A DNA stretch of 64,000 nucleotides from Takakia lepidozioides. Its lineage: Eukaryota; Plantae; Bryophyta. Location of the stretch: contig CM060733.1 in the NCBI GenBank assembly GCA_030704615.1, positions 33,976,001-34,040,000 on the forward strand, read 5' to 3'. The notes under the pieces are model-generated. The model was not told the DNA's origin. It was given only the letters and a program-made list of their open reading frames with translations, and did not search any database. The stretch's first letter is position 1. Each line of letters opens with the position of its first letter. The position numbers and the translations under genes are program-made. Positions 25,401-37,503 of this stretch are shown piece after piece.

Positions 25401-26625
25401 TTTTTGGATTTTGGGTTTTTTTTTTTTTTCTAGAAGTATAAAAAACCTATAATCTTCAATGGCTAGGTGGCATATTGAAAGTTTTTTGTAAACTCTCATT
25501 TTTAGTTTTTCATAATTTCTCTAAATAATAAACTAAAATATTTAATGAATTATATCCTTAATATTTGGGGTAGGACTCTTTACTAAATATGTTTGGTATA
25601 CCATTATCTATCACTAAAAAAATATTTTGGATAATATTATCTTCTTTTTTTCTTTTTTTTTGTCATGGATTTTCATGGAGCAGGATCTAGCCGTTTTTGG
25701 TCCACTCAACCCTGCAACTGCCCGATAGTAACTCTCCAATCATGAATCCGATAAGAAATGACTCCGCTATGGACTTTTGAACATCGTCATTGTGGACTGT
25801 TACCGCAATGAATGGAATTACAATGGACTCAAGTTCTCATATGTGCCATTAGTGAATTTTAGACATAAGGTGGCTATTTTGGTCCACATAGGTATGGATT
25901 TGAAGTGACAAAATCATTTGTCATTTGATTCATATGGACTAATATATGTAAAACAAATAGGTGTTTTTTGAAAAGTCCATAGCTCATCTTGTTTTTAGGG
26001 TTTTGGGTGTCATTTTTTTCTAGAAGTATAAAAACCTATAATCTTCAATGGCTAGGTGTCATATTGAATTTGTTTTGTAAACTCTAATTTTTAGTTTTTC
26101 ATAATTTCTCTAAATAATAGACTAAAATATTTAATGAATTATATCTTTAATATTTGGGGTAGGACTCTTTACTAAATATGTTCAGTATACCATCTAAAAA
26201 TATATTTTGGGATAGTATCCTCAACTTTTGTTTTTGGTCATGGACTTCATGTATGGGCAAAGCCCTGCCAAATTTCATGGAGCAGGATCTGCCGTTCTTG
26301 GTCCACTCAACCCTACAACTGCCCTCCTCTTTTTTTCTTATCAGATCTTTTGCATGTGCACATTGGTGGTGAACTGCTAGTTGTTGCAAGAAGTGGTCCT
26401 AAAGCGCCATTCAAAATGTCATTTGAGGCTCTACTTTCCGAGGTCTCCCCACTGACCGCTTAGGTTTGTTTAGGTGGAAGAGACTTCTTTTCTACAGCTT
26501 CTTCTCAAGTTTCAAAGTGATTTTCTGAAACTCTCCATTGATATCATCATCACTCATATTTTTCAAAAACCTCGTCAAAATTAATTAATTCGGCAGCTGG
26601 GTGCCAAACCGACCTGCGCGTACAG
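22420..26625 (-). mobile_element. pogo/Tc1-mariner-superfamily (DDE_1) transposon, intron-containing and decayed
   Basis: Imperfect TIRs ccttatgcgcgggtcgatttcgcac / gtgccaaaccgacctgcgcgtacag with TA on both sides (22418-19 and 26626-27). Transposase motifs VNTDQ, LLPLQIIF, IIWLIDCWSVHKS, VLFIPANCTSKLQPADV. Confidence 0.85.
24983..26315. mobile_element. hAT-type MITE (CAGGGTTGA...TCAACCCTG) with an internal ~600-bp tandem duplication
   Basis: Left end cagggttgactggacc at 24983. The right end ggtccactcaaccct(g/a) occurs twice (about 25713 and 26315). Units of about 25125-25723 and 25724-26324 are near-identical. No TSD seen. Confidence 0.7.
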
Positions 26626-26627
26626 TA

Positions 26628-27553
26628 ATTTGACTACGGGCTACTATATAAGAGAGGAATGAACATATCTTTAAGTGGTTTCATAGATGCCAACTGGGTT
26701 GGCGATAGTGATAGTCGACACTCAACCAAGCATGTTATGTCTTCAGAATGGGTGATGGTGCAGTAACTTGGAGTTCAAAGAAGAAACCTACCGTTGCATT
26801 GTCCTCAACAGAAGCTGAGTATCGTGCACTCACCGAGGGTGCTCAGGAGACAATTTGGTAGAGAAGACTCTATACAGAACTCGGAAATTTGGAATTTGGT
26901 CATAGTGTTATAAGCTGTGATAATCAGAGTATCGCAAAAATTGCTCACGACCCAGTATTTCACGCTCGTACAAAACAATATATATATATATATATATATC
27001 AAGATTCATTACCATTATATTCGTGAGAAAGTATAAAGCAAAGAAGTCGATTTGATGCATGTTGCGTCACAAGAACAAATTACAAATATTATGACCAAAT
27101 CCTCTTGACAAACAGAAATTCGAGAAATTTAAAGCAACTCTAGGTGTTTGTTGTCTTTCGAAACTCAACAACAAACAAAATTAGGGTAAATATTCTTTTT
27201 ATTGATAACTCACGTGTTACAATGAATAGCCTTCTACAATTCTATCTTCTACCTCTATCAAGTGGAGAACCCTAGAAGAAATATGCTAATATTGAGAGGG
27301 GGTGTTAGATTTAGAAAGCTATATCAGCTTGGTCACACCAGGGTGACACCCTGTTTGCTTTATCTCTTTATTGTACTCAAGTGGGAGTCATCTAGTTGGT
27401 AAGCATTAGGTGAATTTTAGCTAATCGAGTTTAGTGCCACCTACCAGCAATCAATGCCAACTCTTTAGATAAATAGGGAACTCGTTAAGGATACTATATT
27501 CATGATGTTCCTCTTGAGTAAAACAATTCAGTACGCTGAATATTTCAATAACA
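26628..27553 (+). mobile_element. Ty1/copia 3' end: RNase H, PPT and 251-bp LTR
   Basis: GFIDANWVGD...VTWSSKKKPTVALSSTEAEYRALTEGAQE. Polypurine tract gagagggggg immediately precedes TGTTAG (27303), and the LTR ends in ...TAACA (27553). Confidence 0.88.
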
Positions 27554-29734
27554 GTGGAATGTCCAGCGGAAACACGGTCACTCGTCAAAGGCTTTTCATG
27601 CCCACTTCTTAGTTGCTCCAGACCTCATTCGACATCCCGACTCTATCTAACTGTACTTGATCAATTCACTACAGGAAAAAGGAGGGGTTTGCGACGTCGC
27701 GGTGTCGTAAAACAGCCCTTTTCGGGCAGGGGAAAAAACCCAAATTTGCGACGTTCGGACGTCGCCAAAAAAATGTCGCAAATTTGCGACCAATGGGGGT
27801 TGCAAATAGGCGAAACCGCGATTTGCGACGCCAACGCGATTTGCGACGCTCGGACGTCGAAAAAAAAAAAAAAAAAAAAAAAAAACCTACTCTGCAATGC
27901 AGAATTAGCACCGTCCGGGGGTCGCAAAGTGCGACGCCCGGACGTCACAATTGAAAGGGGTACATTTGAATTTAGGAAGGAAAATTTGAATTTCAAAAAC
28001 TTGTTGACCATTGACTTCGGCGTTGACCATTGACTCCGGTTCTCTCTAATGACGATATGTTCATTGTTCTACATACACCATGCAATGCAATGCAATGCAT
28101 ACTTGAACCGAAGACCTCCACGTTATAACATTTCTAAGACACTACAAACTAACCAACACACATATGTTACATCTATGTATCACAAAAGCAATCTAAATAT
28201 ATATATACACATATAAAGATTTCCTTCTAGAGCCTTCAATGTATCACAAAAGCAATCTAAATATATATATACACATATAAAGATTTCCTTCTAGAGCCTT
28301 CAAGTTCCTTCTAAGGGGTCTCTCTTGTGACGCCGGGGAGTTGCAACCTCCACAGCCTTAGCGCCCAACCCCAGCCCCAGCCCCAGCATCGTCGCCGTTG
28401 TTGCACCCCCCCACCGCCAGACGCCCTAAACGACGTCCTTGTGATGACCTAAGCTGACCAAAACACCATTGCGACCCCCTGGCGTCGCAACGTTGGGCGT
28501 CCCAGCGTGGGGCGCCCCAGCGACGTTTTTGTGAAGTTGAAGGCCGCAAAGTCCCAAAAAAAAAAAAACAAACTCTCACTATGGTGATGCTGTAGCGACG
28601 CCCTGGCGTCGCAGAGGCACTGGGGCGCCTTTAGTGACGCTTTTGCGACGCCGAGGCGTCGCAACGTCCCAAATATATATATATATATATTTCCGACGTC
28701 GGGGCGTCGCAAACAAACACCGCGGGCTCGGCGTCGCAGACTCAGCGCCGCGCGGGGCGTGGGGGCGCGGCTGGCGTCGCAAACCCCCCCACCCCCCCAT
28801 TTGTTGTAGTGATTTCTCTGAATCTATTTTTACTCTTGTTCATCTGGTTCTCATTTTTTTTTTAACAAGGTGACGCAATATCATTCTGTCCTTCTGCATG
28901 CCAGTAGAAAGTTGATAAAGTATATGACGATCTGAAAGAGATATTGTACCGATAAGGCTAGCACGATTTTCGCTATCATTGAGAGACAGATCGTGAGGAA
29001 AGACTTCAGTGAGTACATCGCTTTCTATTATAATTGTGTCATTTTTCAATGCATCAATTTGGGGAACATCATCAAACTGTGGATAGCTTTGTGTAATACC
29101 AAGAGAAAAGAAGTTAGCATCAGTACCATCGTAATTTGTATTTCCAGCAACAATGTTAGGAAATATTTTTGGCAGATCATTAGTATCACACGTTGTAGAT
29201 AACATTGCTTCTGTAACAAGCTCATATTATATTCCAATTAACGTCATCTTCTGGATTATAATTTGTCAAAGAAGAAACTCCAAACTATAGATCGTAGCTA
29301 ATAACTACAAGAGTCATACATTGAAACAACAAAGAAATTAAAGATAGCTAAAGACACTAAGAATTGATAGAGGCTCCGTGCAGAGCTCAGAATTGGTTGG
29401 GCTCAAAACAAGTGCTCTACGACAACAAATGAAAAAGAAATCAAAGCAAAAACGAGTGAGACGCCGTCACCAGTCCCGTATACATCCAAACCCTCCAAAA
29501 GATACCTCAAAGATCTTATTGCATTTACACCATTAAATTAGGCGCCATCTTTGAATAGATCTGAACCGTCCAGAAAGACATCGACGGTTCAAAAAATATT
29601 TTGAGTTTTTCACGTGAGGTAAAGTCCTGCACTTTGGACTTTATGCGATTTTAGACATTGCCCTGGGGCTAGCGCCCTCGTGCAACATCTAAAATCGCAG
29701 AAAGTCTTCGATGCAGGACTTCACCTAATACGTA
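27554..29734 (-). mobile_element. Putative Crypton-like (tyrosine recombinase/DUF3504-type) element remnant, split by the CACTA insertion
   Basis: Removing the CACTA and one ATT restores RFREIDQVQLDRVGMSNEV, then after a frameshift ATKKWA*KAFDE*, resembling the N-terminal region of Crypton recombinases. A 110-bp terminal hairpin lies at 29617-29726. Confidence 0.45.
27667..28811. mobile_element. Non-autonomous CACTA (En/Spm) element
   Basis: CACTACA...TGTAGTG termini with 3-bp TSD ATT (27664-66 and 28812-14). Many subterminal TTGCGACG/CGTCGCAA repeats and an internal ~63-bp tandem duplication (about 28175-28302). Confidence 0.95.
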
Positions 29735-29739
29735 GCGTC

Positions 29740-30842
29740 TAGGGAATTCCAAAAAGGCCTTGATGTGAAATGCATCGCAATTCACTTGATCACCCCCCTA
29801 AAAGTGCGCAATTCAATTGAATTGCAAGGGCAATTCAATTGAACTAACCCTAATTTGCAATTCAATTGAATTGTCGGCACACGATTCAATTGAATTGCTG
29901 ACTACAATTCAATCGAATTGTAAACTATATTTTTTAACTTATTTTTGTATATAGTATATAATATATAATATATATGTATATAAGCTAAAAATACATGTTG
30001 CCCGTCTATTCTTGCTGGCCCTCTTTCTTGTGCCCTTGAGGAAATTGTGGAGTTGTGAAACCACCCTCAGCCTCAGCGAGAAAGGGAGAGCCAGAGACGG
30101 AGACAGATCAGCAGCTTCCTGTGATTCACTGGCAAAAGAAACATGGCTGGCTCCGAAAAAAACAGACAAAATCAAACCTGACAATTGATGAAAGGCTTCC
30201 CCTGCATCACCATGTAGTCCCTTAACACTAGTATCTGGCCCATGACAAAAAAAACAAAAAATATGTTCATCTTGAGAATTATCAAAAATTTCAATACCCT
30301 TACAAAGGTATCATGTTGAAGTTGGGATGTGTGTTCTATATAAGTTTAATATATCAAACTCTTACACGTTGATACTCTTACATTGGTATCATGTTTGGTA
30401 TATGTACATAGCCATATATTGGCACCAACATCCACAAAGAGAGACAATCCCGCTTTTACAAGCGCTTCGTGACTTCCCCTCTCTCGCTCTCCCTTAGGCT
30501 TATCTTGGGCTCAAGCCTTACCACGGGCAAAGGAATGACAGACGGACAGCAAAAATAGACGGGCAACATGTATTTTTAGCTTATACCTGTGTATGTATAT
30601 ATGTATAATTTAAATATATTTATATATATATTATATACAAAAATAAGTTAAAAATTATATATTACAATTCAATTGAATTGTAGTCAGCAATTCAATTGAA
30701 TTGTCAGCACAAACGATTCAATTGAATTACGAATTAGGGTTAGTTTGAATTGCCCTTGCAATTCAATTCAATTGCGCACTTTTAAGGGGTGATCAAGTGA
30801 ATTGCGATGCATTTCACATCAAGGCCTTCATGGAATTCCCTA
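29740..30842. mobile_element. Non-autonomous long-TIR element of the same family as 56596-61716
   Basis: TIRs of about 280-300 bp start TAGGGAATTCCAAAAAGGCCTTGATGTGAAATGCA and end ...TGGAATTCCCTA. Internal 30112-30425 is homologous to about 59415-59745. The flanks (agcgtc / accttt) give no clear TSD. Confidence 0.9.
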
Positions 30843-32270
30843 ACCTTTTTGCGGCTCGACGTGGGCAGCGATGTAGGAAAAGAGCGGTTGACGACAGCTG
30901 GCACGTGGCACCCCCGCCTCTGATTCATGATGAAGCTTTCGTTCTGTCCTTGACGTCGTCGTTACAAGGTCATTACCGCCACAGCGTCGTGCTCAGGTTG
31001 CCATTTCCCGCTTGCGCGCTCCTTGGATTCATTCACTAATGTTATATGGCGCTGCTATCTACAAGAGATCTTGCTTCAGAATGTGGCGTATCTGCGCAAA
31101 GGAATGTAGAGTTTGTGTAGGTGAGATTGTTTTCTGATTGAGCTACGAGAAGAGATCATTTGTTTCAGGTTCCGGACTCGTGCGTTCCGGAGGAGATTGT
31201 TCTCTGTGAGTAGAGTGCGACAAAAGATCATCTCTGAGCAGGTGAGTGCAGCATCTAGAAGAGAATGTTAGTGGACTGGTCAATCCGAAATACTGTTCTC
31301 TGTGAGAAGAGATGGTTTCTTGAGGTTTCGAATGTTTATTTCCTTCGGAGGAGCTGCTAGAAACTTTGATTGTTGAAGCTGCGAAAGATTACTCTTGAAT
31401 GTGCGAAGCTGCAGGCAGAGACGGAGACGACTCCAGCCAAAGCCAGCTCGAACATCATTAAGCTTCAGGCAAGAAGAGATCGCTTGTGGAATTCATGAAA
31501 GGTTATGTCAACTTACACTTTGAACAAGTCTCTAACTAGTCAAAACATCGAACATAAAATATCATATCCAGGTAAGTATACCATGCTTTAATAAGAGGGT
31601 AGTACCTGTAAGGATGCTGTTCAGTGTAGTAACTTGAACAAGAAAATGCCACGGTAATACGGTAATACTGTCCGTCTAGTATGTTGAGATGTTGGAGTCT
31701 CGGGCCGTGCGAAGGTTTCCTGTATGCATAGGTAGGTCTCTGTTATTTTAAGATATAAGAAAATTTAGAGCTTGTGGACAAGTTATAGAGCTATTAGTGC
31801 GAGCTCGACGATTCTATGACGCTGGAATGTTTGATTGAATACAACTCGAGGTATGAGTCGTGCTATCTCTTATAAAAGGTACTTTCTCAGTTAGATGTCA
31901 AAACCTATTAATTAGTCACGTCTTTATGTACAGCTTGTAACCATATTGGTTTCTGCTTCGAACGTTTCTCATGTCTGACCTCTTCGACCTGTACTGTCTT
32001 ATCCTCTGCATTCTTTGTGTTGAGAAGCTGTTGTGCACATAAACCAGATACCAGGCTCAAAAATTCGTAAGGGACTCAGGCCCGATATTTCTCTCTTGTG
32101 TGCTCTCCGCAGATATCCATTTCCTGCCCGGACAGTAGGGATCATTACATCTTCAGACCAACTTTCTTTGGAACAGTGTAATGTACAGGTCTACCTGATA
32201 GGTTTGGAAAACCATACTAGAGTTCGATTTCGGATTTATAACAAAGACCTGTACTGGTTCGAGGTGAAAA

Positions 32271-35200
32271 ATGGAGGGAAAGATATCGATAGGATGGGCC
32301 TTAGCGATGGCACTGACATTGTGGAGGCCGATGATGATGGTGGCGGGGGAAGATCCCTATCAGTTCGTTGATTGGACAGTCACCTACATCAGTGCTACTC
32401 CTTTAGGAGCAACTCAGCAAGTACATACTCATGTCCTTATGGCTTCCCTCCCGCCCTCTTCTCGCTTCCTAGCTACAGACGAGCCGTTGGTCACCTCTTA
32501 CAAAATCTAGAATCCGCAGGTTGTCGCAAAAATCTTGGATTATGCATGATAACATTGTTTAGAAATATGTTTGCTCAAAGGAATAACGATCCGACTTGTG
32601 CTAATGTCCTCTAACCTAGTACGTCAATGTCTGCACATGGACCTTATTCATATATAGACCTACGGTTTGATGCTGAAGGGATAGAGGGTTGCAGGTCTGT
32701 AATTAACCAGTGCAATCTTGTGGGACAGGTGATTGCCATCAACGGTCAATTCCCAGGGCCGCAACTCCAGACCACCACCAATTACAACATAGTCATCAAT
32801 GTGTACAACCAGCTGGATGAACCCTTCCTTCTGACGTGGTGCGCCCTCCTAGTCTAGAGAATAGTTCTAAATGCATTCATGAGATTGAAACGATGGTTAA
32901 ATTATCTTCTAGAAGATTGCTCAGATTGTACGGCCTGCCTTGCTTCATGTCTGAAGGCCACCCGGCGGCCCTATGTCAGAGCACTGCATGCATTTCGAGT
33001 CTCTTTACTTAACATGTACAAGTGTAACTTTTGAAGAAAAACTGTGTTGATATCCTGCTTGCAAGAGGAACTCAGCAAGAGATGATTTGGCTTTGTGTTC
33101 AAATCTCTTCTCGCTGAGGGATATAGTTACAAATACAAGCCAGTAGAGCAACGTAGGTCTACAGTGTTTCAAAATCTCAAACTTTTCAGTTCCTGCAACC
33201 AGCAGACCAGGCACCTGAAGGTTCTAATGGAAATTATATGATATCTGTAATGTTATTCACCCGTTTGTACAGGGATGGGATTCAGCAACGCAAGAATGTC
33301 TGGCAGGATGGGGTGACAGGAACCAACTGCCCAATCTTGCCGGGCCAGAACTGGACATACCACTTAAAGGCCAAAGACCAGATTGGTAGTTACTTCTACT
33401 TTCCTACCACTTTCCTGCAGAAGGCAGCGGGTGGGTTCGGAAGCATTCGCGTCGACCCCCGCATTATTATTGCCTCTCCCTTTCTTCCTCCTGCTGACGA
33501 CTTCTATGTACTCATTGGCGATTGGTATAAAACTGATCACAAGGTAAGTTCCACATATCTGTTGTTTGCAATCTGGTGGATGTGGCTTAGTGTATAGTAT
33601 AAGGTGATTGCAGATGTGGAGGTGGGGTGCAGAAATGTCGAATACAGACGTTCATATGTAGATGTATATCTTGGATTGGTTTTGTCAGGGCTATTTAGAA
33701 GCCCGAGCTAACATTTGAGGCTTGCACCAGACCCGAGCATAATCTGGCTAGTCGGGTGGGGCCATTTAAAAATTTAGCTACACATGCATTCAAGAGCTCG
33801 TAGACTTTTGTCTCTCACATTCTGGCAGAAGGGAATCCAGAAATCAGCAACAATATTGTACTGGAGGGAAATCATGAAGCTTTCAGACACTTCATACACG
33901 TTTTCTGATGCAACAGACATTGAGGTCCACTCTTGATGAAGGTTTTCGTCTAGGGAATCCGGATGGAGTTCTTATCAACGGCCTTGGATCCTTCGGCACT
34001 ACCTTCATTGTTGACCAAGGTGGGTTAGGGCATTGGAGTTATGATTTGGAGCCTGAATACATCTAGACTCAATTTAAAATATCATTAAAGATATCATGGT
34101 ACTACTTAAGTATGTAAGTTTATACTTAAATACAGATCTAAGTCAGGACCATGTGGTGTTTAGATTACATTCCCTGTAGTACAGTACTATCTCACAACGG
34201 CAGTGTTTTTTTCTTCATATTTCTAAAATCGCTGGCGGGGCCACCTGTGAATTCTACCCAGTGCCCAAGTGGCGAGAATATTAGTTCGAAAAGTTGCTAT
34301 ATTCCAGGTGTCACGTTTTAACTGGTCCACGTCGGCAAGATTAGGCCCCTGAAATTTATCCGCTGCTGGTTTTTGGCAAAAAAGTCAGATTTTACCCCCC
34401 ATAATTCCTTTGTACAAGTAGCTGACGTAGTTTCCAGGTCGAAATTTGGCGATTTTTCGCCAGAAAGAAAAACACTGCCCTAAGGTTATACATGTGCTTT
34501 CCCAGGACTCTATACATGGTTCTAATGTGTCACGAATCAGGAATGATGTCTAGCATTTCATTCCAAGTATGAAAAGTCCCTGAACTTACTAGTGATTTAA
34601 GTACAATTTAAACCAGTATTTGAAGAGGCTAACAATGACAACATTGCAGGCAAAACATATCGCTTTAGGATATCAAATGTGGGGTCTGCTCAGACTCTCA
34701 ACTTCAGGATACAAGGGCACCGCTTGCTGTTGGTGGAAACTGAGGGCTCGTATGTGGCCCAGACCTTTTATGACTCTTTAGACATCCATGTCGGTCAGTC
34801 CTATTCTGTCATGGTGACGGCCGACCAGAACGTGACAGACTTCTACGTGGTCGCAAGTACCCGCTTTGCTCTGCCGGTGCTCACTGGCATTGCTATCCTG
34901 CACTATTCAACTTCGTCTACATCTGTGTCTGGGGATCTTCCTCCAGCCCCCAATGACGTCAAATTTTCGTTTGAGCAAGCTCGAAGTATCAGGTAGGTTC
35001 GCATCATCTGAAAGATTACCTCCCAATGTCACATTGAACTGTAGAGATAGCTCTAGAACCTTGTTATTATCGTACGTGTACATAGATATTTTACTGAAGT
35101 AGATGATCAATACCTTGATCTGTTTCTGCTTTTGGAAAGAGCTGAGCAAGAGTCATGGTCTGGAGAATGAATGCTTGATCTAAGGCTTAATTTCTTTTCA

Positions 35201-36759
35201 ATGCATACCCTTAAAAATGCGTACATAGCACTTGAGAATTCATTCATATGTCGCCAATGAGGTCTACCTCTTTGATTACACCCAGCTATTGATCAGTTTA
35301 CTCTCAAGCTTTAATCATATGATGGAAATCGTCCACCATCCAACCTCCATTAGGTGGATCTGGGATGGCCACAGACTTGTACAACGTTGGAATGAACCCG
35401 GAGAATATCACTATGTTAAGCAATTTGTGCATGCATGTCATTGTATTCAAGGCGGAATTTGACAGCTGGCGCAGCAAGGCCAAACCCACAAGGCTCTTTC
35501 CACTATGGCATGATCAACGTCTCAAAAACCTTCATCTTTGCGAATTCTGCACCAATGCTTAATGGCAAACAGCGGTATGCGGTGAACGGCGTGACCTTCG
35601 CGGAACCTGATACCCCTCTCAAGTTGGCTGACTACTTTGGAATCAGCGGTGTCTTCAACACTGGTTCCATCCCCGACTCTCCCACTGGAAATCCTCCAAG
35701 TTTTGCGACATCGGTGCTTGCTGGTGAATTTAGGTCGTTCATCGAGGTAGTTTTTCAGAATGATGAGAACTCTCTGCAGTCCTGGCACATTGATGGCTAT
35801 GCCTTCTTTATCGTCGGGTATGTTATAACACCTCGTCCTTGATAAGCTCTAGCATTATTGTCCAATTTTGACCATCACAGATCTTGAGGTCTTGTGTACG
35901 AAGCCTGTAACTGTATATTATATTGAGTACGAAAATTTCTCTTCTTGATGTTGCTGAAACCTCCCGGTTAACAGTTTATGTTCTATATCTCAAACGAATG
36001 GTGTGATTTCTGTAGACTTGGGCCAGGGACTTGGAGCTCAGCAGCCAGGCCCTCCTACAACCTTGTTGACGCGGTTTCACGCACGACCGTACAGGTGGCT
36101 CTTCCACCTCTTACTACTTTATAAAACAGGTCTTAATTTAAGTAGAACTGTGAATTATTTTGGTAACTATTCTTCTTATGTTCTGCTTAACTTCAAGGAT
36201 TCGTTTGCCGACGTATATGTCGTATGCAACGCTGGCATCCTAACTGTTTTCGATTGCTGGTAAACTTGTGTAGTTCGTTTACTAAGATATTCATTGAGTT
36301 TCTCCAGAAATAGTATAATTTAACAGGTACATGCTGAACTTCAGCTGAGTGTGTTTCTATGAACAACAGTCTGGCGGTGGTAGCATCTCGGTGATGCCTG
36401 AGATCCTTGCAATAACACTCTATATTAGTGAACTAAATGTGATGGAACGGAAGGGATGAAATTGAAGAACTAATGTAAAGGAACTGATAGGCATATTTAA
36501 GATTGACCACGAACAGACTTCGAACAAATTATCAATGCCGATCGTCCACTTCATCGTGCAGGTGTATCCGAACTCCTGGACGACAGTGATGCTGGAGTTA
36601 GACAATCCAGGGCTTTGGAATATTCGGTCGGAGGACCTGCAGCGCCAGTGGCTCGGGCAGGAGTTCTACATGCGTGTGTTCGACCCTTTGATGTCCAATA
36701 AGCGGCAGGAGGACCCTCCACCGACCAACCTCCTCCTCTGTGGGAGGGCGTTAGGATGA
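32271..36759 (+). CDS. SKS: SKU5-similar (SKS) monocopper oxidase / L-ascorbate oxidase homolog, 8 exons, 539 aa, secreted, no GPI tail
   Basis: Exons 32271-32420, 32729-32838, 33273-33543, 33917-34019, 34650-34992, 35452-35817, 36016-36094, 36562-36759, GT-AG, 1620 nt in frame. Motifs EDPY, INGQFPGP, GIQQRKNVWQDGV, KDQIGSYFYFP, ARPNPQGSFHYG, QSWHIDGY, LDNPGLWNIRS, LLCGRA. Confidence 0.95.
34201..34477. mobile_element. hAT-type MITE in SKS intron 4
   Basis: CAGTGTTTTT...AAAAACACTG termini with degenerate 8-bp flanks cacaacgg / ccctaagg. Confidence 0.65.
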
Positions 36760-37503
36760 TCAAGCAAATATTTGAAATTTACAAGCGGAGTTTTGTCTGG
36801 TGATCGGAACGTCGGAACCGTTCCTCATCTCTGTTGTATCATTCAAAGTGCTGACATCATTTAGGCTTCATAATACCTGACTGACGAGCCGTTCCTTTCA
36901 CACACCGTGCAATGTTGTCCTAAAACAGAACATATGGAGCCTGGACTCCCGAGGATTGAACAAACCTGTGAATGTAGCCGTTGGAGTGCCAAAATTGCCT
37001 CTTGCTATTTCGGAAGTGCATTTCACCACCCTTATAGCCGCACACCCCACTCTAAACGTCCCTGGAGGAGTTCGCTCCATGTGTCAGATCGCATCCGGAC
37101 AGTCGGACTACCTAGCCTTCCACATGGTAGCCATTGTCCCGATGTGGCTGGATAGAGCAATGTGGAAAGTATTGTGAGGGTTCTCTTCCGAAAGATGCAC
37201 TTGCAAATGTACTGGCAGAAGCAAATGATGGTATGGAAGGAACACGCAGGACGGAGTAATTGTCATTGTCGTGCCGATGAGAATCCCCATCAGATCCTGG
37301 AGGGGTGTCCAGCTTTGCTTGCAGGAACCAAAACGCTCCTCACCTTTTAGATGTGCAACCCGGGATTGCAGAGGTGTTCCCATCGTACATTCATCGATTG
37401 TCTTTGCCATCTCTTCTTGCTGCCCTCAACATCAACTATCTGGTACCCTCCCACCACCACGCCCCCTCAAGAAGTCACGGTACCTTGACATAAGGTGCAG
37501 GGG

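Noticed and set aside
29734-30848. 6-bp TSD for the 1.1-kb element
   Set aside because: The flanks agcgtc and accttt match at only 3 of 6 positions, so the TSD length rests on the large element alone.
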